From Scenedesmus sp. PABB004 (taxonomy: Eukaryota), in the NCBI GenBank assembly GCA_014905635.1, contig JABVCE010000003.1, positions 310,001 through 374,000 of the forward strand: a stretch of DNA of 64,000 nucleotides. Reading direction: 5' to 3'. This document shows, piece by piece, positions 21,198-32,860 of the stretch. The first letter of the stretch is position 1. Each line of letters opens with the position of its first letter. Both the position numbers and the translations under genes were made by a program. The notes beneath the pieces were generated by a model, which saw nothing but the letters and a program-made list of their open reading frames with translations, made no database searches and was not told where the DNA came from.

Positions 21198-24100
21198 ATG
21201 GCGTTCTGGAAGGTGGCCGGCTTCTCGCAGCCGTCGCCCATAGAGGTGGGGGACGGCGGGGCGCGCCGACGGCGGCGCGGCGGCGCAGGCGCAGCAGCGG
21301 CGGCGGCGGCGCGCCGGCCGAGCGCGCGCGCCCGCGCGCCGCCGCAGTCCATCCTCGACAAGGAGGAGTACACGCTCGAGGAGCTGCTGGACGAGGATGA
21401 CATCATCCAGGAGTGCAAGTCGCTCAACGGGCGCCTGATCACGTTGTGAGCAGCGCGGCGGCGCGCCTGCGCGCGGGAGGCCCGCATGCATGCCCGCGGC
21501 GGCGCGCCCCGCGCGGCGCGCCGGCGCCGACCCCGCCTGTCCCGCCTCGCGCGTCGCAGCCTGCGCGAAAAGAAGACCGTGGAGCAGCTGCTGCGCTACC
21601 TCATCGAGCCCCAGAATGACGCCGACGACCCCAAGAAGCAGTACAGGTCCGCGGCGCCGCCGAGCGCCGCCGTGCGCGCCCCAGCGCCGCGCCCGGCAGT
21701 GCCGGCGGCGGCGGCGGCGCGCGGCCGCAGGCCTGGCGCCGGCCGCCGCGGGGGGCGCCCGCCGCCACGCCTGCGCCGCCCCGCTCCTGCCCCGCTCCCG
21801 CCCCCGCTCTCGCCCGTGCGCCGCTCTCACCCCTTGCCGCCCCTCTCGGCCGCCCGCCGCCGCGCCGCCGCGCCCGCGCGCAGGTACCCCTTCACGGCGT
21901 GCGAGGTGTTTTGCTGCGAGGTCGAGGCGGTGTTCAACACGCTGCTCGAGGACGAGGCGCTGCTCGCGCTGCTCTTCTCGCTGCTCGACGCGTCGCCGCC
22001 GCTGCCCTGCAAGGCGGCGGGCTACTTTGGGCGCGTCGTGGGGCAGCTGCTGCTGCGCAAGACCAACGAGATGATGCAGCACCTCTCCAACAACGACGAG
22101 ATCCTCGCCCGCCTCATCCGCCACGTCGACACGACGTCCATCGCCGACATCATCAAGCGCCTCGTCGGCGCGGACGACCACAGCAGCATGATCTTCCTGC
22201 CCATGCACACGCAGGCGCGCCGCGCGGCGGCTGCTGCAGCGCCGCGCCGCCGCGGCGGCCACGGCGGCGGCGCCGCCGCCGCCGCGTGCGCGCGGGCGCG
22301 GCGGCGCTCGCGGCGCTCGCGGCTCACGCGCGCCGCCGCGCCGCCGCCGCCGCAGTGGCTGGCCGAGACGCCGCTGGTGAGCATGCTGCTGGACCGGCTG
22401 GCGCCGGAGCACTCGGCGCACGTGCAGGCCAACGCGGCGGACATCCTCACCGCGATCGCGCACACGCAGCCCTCGGCGCTCGCGAGCCAGCTCATGCAGC
22501 AGCCCTGCATCGCGGCGCTCTTCAGCCGCGCGCTGGAGCCGGGCAGCCAGGTGCTCGTGACGGCGCTGGACGTGTGCGCCGCGCTGCTGGAGCCGCGGCG
22601 CGCGCAGCAGGAGTCGCTCGCGGAGGGCGGCTCGCCGCGCAGCGGCGGCGCGGGCCCCCACCCCGAGGCGGTCGCCAGCATGCTCGCCTACCTGCCCGCG
22701 CTGCTGGACGCGCTGCGCTCGCCCGGCGACCCGGGCGCGCTGCAGGAGACGCCGTACGGCGTGCTCGCGCCGCCGCTCGGCCGCGCGCGGCTGCGCATCG
22801 TGGAGCTGCTCGCCGCGCTGCTGCGCGTCGGCGACGACGGCGTCGACGGCGCGCTCATCGGCGCGCGGGCGCTGCCGCTGGTGCAGGAGCTGTTTGCGGC
22901 GTACCCGTTCAACAACCTGCTGCACCACCAGATGTACGCGCTGCTCGCGGCGGCGCTGCGCCGCGGCAGCGCGCCGATGGTGGCCCACATCTTTGGCGAG
23001 TGCGGCCTCGTCGGCTGGCTCGCGGGCCTGCCGGCCGAGGTCTCGCCGCGGCCGCGGCCGGGCTTCGAGGCCAAGGGCCCGCTGCGCGCGGGCTACCTCG
23101 GCCACGTCACGCGCATCGGGCAGGCGCTGCAGGAGGCCGCGGGCAGCCAGCAGGAGGTCGCAGACGCGCTGCGCGACTGCGCCGACTGGGCGGGCTTTGT
23201 GGAGCAGCAGCTCGCGCCGCGCCTGGAGGTCGAGGACGTCACGCACTGGCAGTGCGGGCGGCCCGTCAACACCGAGGGCGGCGAGCTGGACAGCGACGGC
23301 GACTTCCAGGTGCGCGGCGGCGGCCCGCGCGCGCCCGCGCCCCGCGCGCGCCCCAGCTGCGCGCGGCGCCGATGCCCTGCGCCGCGCCGCCGCGCCGCCG
23401 GGCGTCGCGCCGCAGAACGACATGGACGCGCTGGAGCAGATCCAGGGCATGCCGCCGGGCATGTACCACCGCTACGGCGTGCTGGACGACATCGACGACG
23501 ACGACGACGAGCCCGGCGAGCCCGGGCCCGACGCGTTTGGCAGCGCGCCGCCCGGCGCCGCCACCGGCGCGGGCGGCGCGGGCGACTACAACGCCGACAT
23601 GCTTGTCGCGGGCATGGCGGGGCTCGGCGTGAGCGACGGGCCCGACGGCGACGGCGCCGCCGGCGCCGGCGCCGAGCCCGGCGCCGAGGCGGGCGCCGAG
23701 GGCGGCGCCGGCGGGGCGGGCATCGGCAACTGGAGCCTGCTCGCCCACCCAGGTGCGCGCTGGCGGCGCGCCGCGCCCGCCGCCCGGCGACGTGCAGCGC
23801 TGTTGGGTTGCCGCGCCCGCCCGTGCGCGGCCAACTTGCAATGCGCTGCCAGAGCACCGGCGGCAAGATCTTTTGCTCCCTGCAGGCTCTTGTGCTGCAG
23901 GGAGTTCTTTCCCCTTGCCACATGCGCGCCCGCGCGGGCCCCCGCGCAGCGCCGCGGCGCGCCCGCGCCGCCGCGCTCACGCCCGCGCCGCCGCGTGCGC
24001 GCGTCGCCCGCGCCGCCGCGCCCAGGCGCGAGCTCCTCCGCCGTCGACATCCCCGGCGAGCGCTCGATGGAGGACGACGCCGTGCTGCTGGCGGACGACG

Positions 24101-24630
24101 AGGAGATGGGCGCGCTGAGCGCCGCCACGATGCAGGGCGGCAGCCCGCCGCCCGGCCGCGCCGCCGGCGGTGAGGCGGGCGGGCAGGCGGCGTCGCCGAT
24201 CGACGACATGGTCATGGTGGAGGAGCCCGGCGACGTGCTCAGCTCCTCGCCCGCCGAGGAGGCCTCCCCCGCGGCGCCGCAGCCGGGCGCGGCGCGCGAG
24301 GCGCCCGCGGGCGGCGCTGCTGACGCGGCGCCGCACGGCGGCGCGGAGCCGGCCGCGCCGCCGCCAGCGGGCGGCGGGGCGGGGCCGTCGGCCAACCCCT
24401 TCTCGCCCGGCGGCGGCAGCGAACCGTGCGCGCCTGCAGCGGCAGGCGCGGACGGCGGCGCGCCCCCGCCCGCCGCACCGGCGCCGGCGGCGGCGGCAGC
24501 GGCGGCGGCGGCGGCGGCGGTCGAGGCGCCGGCAGCGGCCGGCGCCGGCGACGGCTGCGGCAGCAGCGACGGCAAGCAGCAGTGGCAGGTCGCCGCGTCG
24601 CACCCGGTGGAGGTGTCCGATGAGACGTGA
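21198..24630 (+). CDS. SIT4-associated (SAPS) protein / PP6 regulatory subunit (7 exons)
   Basis: MAFWK...SPIESILDKEEYTLEELLDEDDIIQECK, YPFTACEVFCCE, PPLGRARLRIVE, YPFNNLLH, RAGYLGHVTRI. GC donor at 22215. Confidence 0.9.
23793..23925 (+). ncRNA. Intronic box H/ACA snoRNA
   Basis: Hairpin 1 (GCAGCGC/GCGCTGC base, GTTG-CCGCGC/GCGCGG-CAAC top), H box AGAGCA at 23851-23856, hairpin 2 (GGCAAG/CTTGCC base, CTCCCTGCAG/CTGCAGGGAG top), ACA at 23920-23922. Lies in SAPS intron 23753-24025. Confidence 0.85.
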
Positions 24631-24794
24631 GCCGTGCCCCCGCCGGGCCCCACATATTGTACGGTGAGCACTCCCCGTAGATTGCGTGTGTGCGTTTCAC
24701 CCGCCCGGCAGCTCGCGAGCGGCTGGGCGGGTTGTGAGCGGCGGCGCCGCGCGGCGCGCCCGCGGTCGCCCTCCGCGGCGCGCTGGGCGTGCGC

Positions 24795-24799
24795 TGTAA
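24795..24799 (+). terminator. UGUAA poly(A) signal of SAPS gene
   Basis: TGTAA 165 nt after the stop. Confidence 0.55.
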
Positions 24800-25105
24800 T
24801 TCGGCCCCCGCGCGCGCGCTCGGCGTCGTCGCCCGCCACCAGCACTGACCGATCAACATCCGCACGGCGCGGCAGCCGCGACAGGCGCGGTCAAACGCGT
24901 TGCCCCCCGCCCGCCCGGCTGCCAGCTTGCCGCGGACCTCGCCCGCGAGCGCCCTGCATCTGTCGCATCTCGTTCGAACCGCTGTCGCGCGCAGGGCAGC
25001 GCTGCGCAGGGGGAGGCAGCGACCGGCCGCGCAGCAGCAGATGGCGGCGCCCCGCGCGCCGTGCCGGGTGCCGAAGCGCCTCCGCAGCCGGCTCCAGGCT
25101 GCGTG

Positions 25106-28100
25106 ATGGCGCTCGAGACAGACCCGATGGACGCTGGCGCCCAGCTGGCCGCGGATGGCCGCGTGCAGCACCTCGCGGGCCTGGCGTCCACCTTCCTGGC
25201 CGTGGGCCCGTCCGCCCTGGCCGCCCTGCTGCGCCAGCAGGCAGCCCAACAGCGCCTTCAGGCCTTTCTGGACGGCAAGGGTGCGCCGGGTCGCGAGCGG
25301 GGGGCGCCGCCGCTGTGCGCTGCTCGCGCTGCTCACGCGCCGTGCGGCGCCGCAGCCGCCTCCGCGCTGCTGATCTGCCTGGAGGCACGGGGGGAAGAGG
25401 CTGAGGAGGCTGGGCAGCCGCCGGCCAGGTGCGCTGGCCGCGCGCGCGGCGACGCGGCGCGGCGCGGCGCGGGCGGCGGCCGTTGACGCGCCGCGCTGCG
25501 CGCGCCGCCACAGCCCGGGCAGCGAGCAGCAGGCGGAAGCGGCGCCCGTCGACGCGGCTGGAGCGCCATCGCGACCGTCCACCAGCGCCGCGGACGGTGC
25601 GCGCGGCCGCCGACGCCAGCGGCAGCTTTCCGCGCGCGCCCGCGCGCGCGGGCCGCGCCTCACGCGCCGCGCTGCTGCGAGCGCCGCAGGCGCAGTGGAG
25701 CAGGAGGCCGCGGCGCAGGAGCTGGGCGAGCAGCAGGCGCTGCCGCAGCAAGAGGAGGGCGCCTCGCGCCCCGCCACCGCTGGCCAGCCGCAGCAGGCGG
25801 CTGCAGCAGGCGGCGCCAGCTCTGCTGAGCAGCAGCTGCCAGGCCCGGGCCAGCCGCTGGACGGCCCGGCGGCGGGCGGCCAGCAGCCGCCGCTGCCGGA
25901 GCAGCAGCAGCAGGAGCAGCAGGGGCTGGAGCAGCAGCTGGGACCGGGGCCGCAGCAGTCAGAGGGGGCGCAGCAGCCGGAGCAGCAGCAAGAGCAGCAG
26001 CCGGAGCAGCCGTGCGGGCTGCAGCTGTTCCTGGGGCACGTGCCCGCGCAGTTTGCGCACTGCAGGCGAGGCGCCGCCGCGCCCCGCGAGCTGCCGGCGC
26101 CGGCCGCGGCTGCCGCGCGCGCCAACCGGCCGCGCCGCCGCGCTGTGCTGCTCGCAGGACGTTCTACTGCATCAACTCGCGCGAGGGCCCGCTGCCGCAC
26201 GAGGGCCTGTCCGAGGTGCTGGACTGCGGCCTGCTCACGCTGGCGCCGTCGCTGAGCTCGCTGGAGCAGGTGAGGGAGGGGGGGAGGCTCCAGGGCGCGC
26301 GGGATGCAGCCGGGCGCGGCGCGCCCCGCGCGCGCGCCGACGCGCCGCCCGCCGCCGCGGCTGCTGGCGCTTCTGCGCAGGTGCTGTCGGAGGTCTTCCT
26401 GCCGCTGCTGGTGCAGCAGGTCGGCACGGCCGACCCCGCGGCGGTCGGCGCCGGCGGCGCTGGCGCGGCCGGTGGGGGCCGCGCGCGCGAGCTGCTGGGC
26501 GGCATGCAGAAGTACTTGGCCACCATACAGCAGGCGGCGCAGCAGCTGACCGGGGACGTGGCGCTGCCGATGCCGGCGGTCCCGCCGGGCGCGGCGGCGC
26601 GCGACCCCGACGCGCTGCACGCGCTCGAGGAGGCGGTCGCGGGCTGGTCGGCGACGCTGTCCGACGTGCTGCAGCGCGAAAGCGAGAAGCGCCCGGGCGG
26701 CAAGGGCCCGCTCGCGGAGGTCGACTTTTGGCGCGCGCGCAGCGCGGCGCTGTCGGGCCTCGCGGAGCAGCTGTCGGGCCGCGCCGCGAGCGACGTGCTC
26801 GCGGCGCTCGAGGCCGGCAGCGACGACCGCGCCCTCATCGCCGCGATCCGCGCCCAGGCGGCGGAGCTGGGCAAGCTCGCGCACGAGGTGGGGCGGAGAC
26901 GGGCGCGCGCGGGCGCGGGGGAAGGGGGTCGGTCCACAGCGCCACGCATGCGCCGCGCCGCGCCGCGCCGCGCCGCGCGCGCGCCGCGCCGCACGCCGCG
27001 CCCACGCCGCCGCGCCGCCGCCTCGGCGTGCAGGCGCGTGACAACGTCAAGTTCCTGACCACGCTGGAGCGTCACTTCCGCAGCATCGCGACCGGGCCGC
27101 TGCCCGGCATCCTCGACACGCTGCCGCCGCTCATGAACGCGCTGCGCATGGTCTGGATCATCAGCCGCCACTACAGCGACGACGCGCGCATGGGCGCGCT
27201 CTTCGCGCGCGTCGCGTGCGAGCTGTGCGACCGCGTGGAGGGCGCGGTGCTGCCGCACGCGCTCTTCCGCGTGCCAGCGGCCGAGGCGGCCAAGCTGCTG
27301 CGCGTGAGCAAGGCGGTGCTGGAGAGCTGGCAGTCGACCTACATGCAGGCGCGCGGCGTGGGGCGCGGCACGGCGGCGGCGCGCGCTGTGTGTGCCGGGG
27401 CCGCCGCACGCCTCGCGGCGTGACCGACCGCGCTGGCCGGCGCGCCGCCGCCGCCGCCGCCGTGACCGCCGCGGCAGGTTCGCGAGAAGATCGAGGCCAA
27501 CGGGCGCGACGCGCGGTGGGAGTTCAGCAAGGCGAGCCTCTTTGCGCGCAGCAGCTACATGGCCGACGTGTGCGGGCAGCTCGCGGAGATGGTGGAGGTC
27601 GTGGACGACTTTTTCAAGTTCCTGGGCCCCGAGCTCAAGGCCGTCACCGGTGTGTGGGCTGGGCGCGGCACTGAGCGCGTCGCCGCACGCCGCACGCCGC
27701 GCGCCGGGCGCCGGGCGCCGAGCGCCGCGCGCCGAGGGCCGCGCGCCGCGCGCCGGGCGCCGCGCGTCGCGCACCGCCGGCCACAGGCGACGCCAAGGGC
27801 ATCGACGACGTGATTGAGGCGGTGGAGCTCATGGTCGAGCCGGTGGAGACGGCGCCCTTCTGCGTCTTTGACGCGGCCGCTGCGCCGCAGTGGCGCGAGC
27901 TGCGCCGCGCGTTTGCGGCGGACAACGACAAGGTCAAGGCCTCGACGCGCGAGCTCATCGACACGAGCTTCAGGAAGCTGCGCAGCGCGGAGGGCGCGTT
28001 CGAGCTGCTGCAGGTGCGGCGGCGCGGCGCGGCGGTGGGGCGGGGCGGGGCGGTGGGGCGGGGCAGGTGGGGGCGGCTGGCGGGCGCCCGGGTGCGCCGC

Positions 28101-31100
28101 CGCGCACCGCGCGCCCACGCGCGCCCCGCGGCCGGGGGACTCGCGCGCTCGTCAGAACTTCAAGTCCATCAAGAGCCGTGGCGCCATCCAGGCGCAGATG
28201 ATGAACAAGCTGCAGGACATCCTCGAGCAGTTTGTGCGCGAGATCGCGGGCGCGCAGGAGATGTTTGACCGCTGCCGCGCCGCGCCGCCGCTCACGCGCA
28301 ACCAGCCGCCCGTGGCCGGTGCGCCGGGGGTGGCTTGGGGAGGGGAGGGGGGGGGCAGCAGTGGCCCCTCTCGCGGCAGGTGGGGCGCGCGAAAACCTCG
28401 GACGCCCGCCCCGCGCGCGCGTGTGGGGCCGCAGGCGCCATCCACTGGAGCCACCAGCTGTTCAGCCGCGTCAAGCTCACCATGTCCAAGCTCGACGCGG
28501 TGGAGCCCGACGGCGCGTGGCGCGCGCTGCCGGTGGGGCAGCAGGTGCACGAGCGCTACATGGGCCTCGCGCGCGCGGTGCTGGAGTTTGAGAAGGCCTG
28601 GTTTGCCGGCTGGCGCGACTCGGCGGACGGCGAGGCGATGCGGCACCTCAAGGCGCCGATCTTTGCGCGCCACCCCGACACGGGTGCGTGCGAGCACGCG
28701 GGGCCGCGCCGCGCCGCGCCCCTCCGCGGGCTCGCCGCTGACCGTCTCACTCGACCGCCCGCTCGCCCACGCGCCGCGCGCGGCGCGGCGCGCGGCGTGC
28801 GCGCAGGTGTGGTGGCCGTCAACTTCCACCCCGCGCTGCGCGAGCTCATGGCCGAGGCGCACTACCTCGACCGCAAGGGCTTTGCCATCCCGCCGCTGGC
28901 GCTGCAGGTCGCGCTGCAGGAGGGCGAGTACCGCGGCTGGACGGAGAGCCTGGAGCGCCTGCTGGACCTCTTCTACCAGGCGCGCCGGCGCACGGCGGCG
29001 CGCGGCGGCGCGCGGGGCGCGTGCCGCCTGGCTCGGCGGCGGGCCGGCAGGCCCCCTCGTACGCTCCCGTCTCCTGGCGGCGCCCACACGCCGCGCCGCG
29101 CCGCGCCGCCGTCGGCCTGGCGCCGCCAGGTCACGGGCGCGCTGAGCCCCGTCGAGGTCAGCCTGCTCGGCGCAAAGCTGGCGGAGCTCGAGCGCTGCCT
29201 CGAGCCCGGCCTGGCGCGGCTCAACTGGAACAACCGCGGCATCGACGCGTTTGTTGCAACCACCACGCGCGCGGTGACCGAGTTCCAGGCCCTGCACCAC
29301 AGCGTGCAGAAAAGCGGCGGCATCATGGAGAAGCTGGTCGGCGGCATCGCCGCGGCGCGGCTCGTCGCCGACCTGCCGCCGGGTGCGCGCGGCGGGCGCG
29401 GGGCGCCGCCCCCGCGCGGTGCGCGGCTGGCTCCCAGCCGCGCGTGCCCCCCCCCCCCCCCGGGCGAGCCGCGCCCGCCGGCGCCGCCGCAGGCGGGGAG
29501 GTGATGGAGCTGCAGGAGTTTTACGAGCACATGGAGCAGCACCGCGCGGCGGCGGTCGACGCGGCGGTGTCGCGCTACCGGTCGCTCACGCCGCTGCTGG
29601 GCAAGGTGTGGGCCCGCCGCCGCGGGGGGCCGGGCCGCGCCGCGCCGCGCTGAGCGCCTGCGCTCACACGCTTCGCGCCGCTGCCGCTGCGCCGGCTGCG
29701 CCGCCAGATTGAGGAGCTGGTCGCGGGCACCAACAGCGGCAAGGCGCCGCAGCTGGGCGCGTACTACAGCTACTGGGAGATGGCGGTGTTCAACGCGCTG
29801 GTGGTCATGGTGCTGCGCGGCCTGGACAAGCTGCACGGCATGCTGGGCAGCGCCGGCAAGCGGCCGCTGTTCAAGGTGCGCGCGCGCCGCGGCGGCAGAG
29901 CACAGCGCCGCGCCGTGCCGCGCTGAGCGCGCGCCCGCGCCCGCCGCCGCCCCGGCGCAGCTCAAGACGTCGCTGCAGAACAGCGAGGTCGTGGTGGCGC
30001 CGCCGGTGAAGGAGGCGGGCAAGCTGCTGTCGGCGTACGTGAAGAACGTGGCCGAGTCGTGCCGCGAGTTTGTGCGGTGGATGGACGGCACCTGCGTGGA
30101 GATGCCGGACCAGCGGCGCAAGGGCGACACCGACGGTGACCCGCTCGTGCTGCACTTTAGCAGCGAGGTGCTGCGCATGCAGCAGGTGCGCCGCGCGGGC
30201 CGCCCGCGTCGCGGCTCGGGGGCGCGGCCGCGCGGCGGCGCGCCGCGCGCGGCGCGGCGTGCGGCCGACCCTGCCGCCGCCCCGGGCGCGCGGTCGCGCG
30301 CAGGTCATGGCGGCGGCGGTGCAGCTGCACCAGGACATCTCCAAGCTCACGGGCCGGCTCAACCGGCACGTCGAGGGCTGGCGCAAGTCGTCCGACATCT
30401 GGAAGGCCGACCGCGGCGCGCTCATGGACAAGTTCAAGGCGCGGGCGCCGCCGACGGCCGCGTTTGAGGACAAGTTTGCAAAGTTCCAAAAGGTGCGCCG
30501 CCGCCGGCGCGGCGCCATGCCGCGCCGCAGCCTGGCGGGCGGGCCAGCCCGCCGACCGCCGCCGACCGCTGGCGCCGCCGCCGCCGCCGGCTGCATGCCC
30601 ACCGCCGCGCAGCAAGCCGCGTACTTCTGGGAGCAGGCGCACGACGTCGACGTCGGCTGCGTGAGCGTGAGCAACGCCGCGCTCGCGCTCGCGGTGCACG
30701 AGGAGTGCTGCGCGTGGACCCGCGCGCTCACGGGCGCGATGCGGGAGCTCGACGCCGCCGCGGTCGCGGGCCTGCGCGAGCGCATGGTCGCCGACGCTGC
30801 GGCGCTGCGCGGCGCGCCGGCCGACCTGGAGCAGCTCAAGGCAGTGCTGCACGTCGTCGCCGCCGTCAGGTGCGGCGCGGCTGGTCGCCGCTGCCGCGCG
30901 GAGAGCGGCCGCTCAGCGCGCGCGGCGCGCCGGCGGGCGTCGCAGGTCTGGCGGCATGGCCATGGAGCTGCAGTGCGCCGACCTCGTGGAGCGCTTCCGC
31001 ACGCGCCTGCTCTACGCGATCAGCGAGGCGGAGCAGGCCGCGGCGGCGGCGGAGCTCGCGGACGCGGCGCGGCTGAGCGACGAGTGGGCGGCGCTGTGCG

Positions 31101-32788
31101 CAGAGGCGGAGGCGGTGGACGCGCGGCTGGAGGGCGTGAAGCGGGCGTTCTCGCAGACCACGCGCCAGCAGGTGGGCTGCAGGGAGGCTGTGTGTGGCTG
31201 GCAGCGTGGTGTACTAGCAGTGTGCTGCGTGCGCTCACCACGCGCGCGTGCGCTCTCTGCCGCCGCGCGGCAGGTCGAGGCGTTTGCCGCCGTGACCGCC
31301 GACCTGGAGGCGCGCATGCGCGCAGCGGGGCCGGGCCTGCCCAGCAGGCAGCTTCCGGCCGGCCTGGAGCTGCTGAAGGCCTTCCAGGAGGAGGCGGAGG
31401 GCCTGGCGCGGCAGCGTGAGGCACTGCGCCTCGCGGAGCAGCTCTTTGACATGGACGCGACCAGCTACCCCTGCCTGTCCAAGGTCGGCGCGCGCCAGCC
31501 CGCCGCGCTGCCGCCGCGCGCGCGCGCTGTGCCCCGGGGTTGCGCGCGCGCACCTGCTCCACACGGCGCCCGGCTGCCGCCGCCCCGTGCCCCGCCGCGC
31601 AGGTCGAGTCGGAGCTGCGCCGCCTGGCGGCGGTGTACGCCGTCTACGCGGAGCACGCCGAGGCGGTGCGGCAGTACGGGGCCATGCTGTGGAGCGAGCT
31701 CGACGTCGGCGCGATGATGGCGGGCGTGCAGGGCGTGGCGGGGCGGCTCAAGAAGCTCAAGGCCGCCACGGAGGACCTGCCCGTCTACGCCCTCGTGGCG
31801 GCAGAGGTCGCGGGCTTTGCCGACAGCCTGCCGCTCATGCGCGAGCTCAAGAGCGAGGCGCTGCGGTGCGCTGCGAGGCGTGCGCGCGCGCGCGCCGCGG
31901 CCGCCGCCGGGCGCCGCTGCCGAGCGCCGCCGCCGGGGCTGGCGCCGCCGCAGGCCGCGGCACTGGAAGCAGCTCATGGCGGTCACGGGGCAGGCGTTTG
32001 AGCTTGACCCCAAGACCTTCACGCTCTCGGCCATGTTCGACATGCAGCTGCACAAGTTTGCCGACGACATCGCCAGGATCACGAGCGCGGCGCTCAAGGA
32101 GCTGACGATTGAGAACGAGCTGCGCAAGCTCGCCGAGGCGTGGAAAGAGCAGCGCTTCGACCTCCACAAGTACAGCGAGGTGCGGCGCGGCGCGCGCTGG
32201 CCGCGGCCTGCCGCCTGGCGGGCCGTGCCGCGCCGCCTGGCCGCGCCGCCTGGCCGGCGGCCGCGCCGCACCCTCCTCCCTGCGAGCGCGCCCGCCGCGT
32301 CATGCGCGGCCGCTGCGGGCCCGCAGGGCGGCTGCGACCGCGGGTGCGTGCTGAAGGGCGTGGACGAGGTGAGCCTGCTCCTGGAGGACATGGGCCTGAA
32401 CCTGCAGTCCATGCTGGCCAGCCCCCACGTGCGGCCCTTTGCCGACGAGGTCCGCGCGTGGGAGCAGCGCCTCTCGCTCATCGCCGAGTGCATCGAGGTG
32501 CGCCGCCATCTGCGGGGCGCTGCGGGGCCGCGCGCCGAGGCCTGCGCTGAGCTTCCGAGGCCTGCGCCGCGCCGCGCCGTCGCTCAGGTGTGGATGCTGG
32601 TGCAGCGCAAGTGGATGTACCTGGAGGGCATCTTCATCGGCAGCGACGACATCCGCAGCCAGCTGCCTGCCGAGGCCAAGCGCTTTGACGGCATCGACCG
32701 CACGTGGCTCAAGATCATGGCCGACACGGCCAAGAACACCAACGTCCTCGACGCCTGCAGCACCGACGGGCGGTGCGGCGCGCCGCGT

Positions 32789-32860
<72 letters not shown>

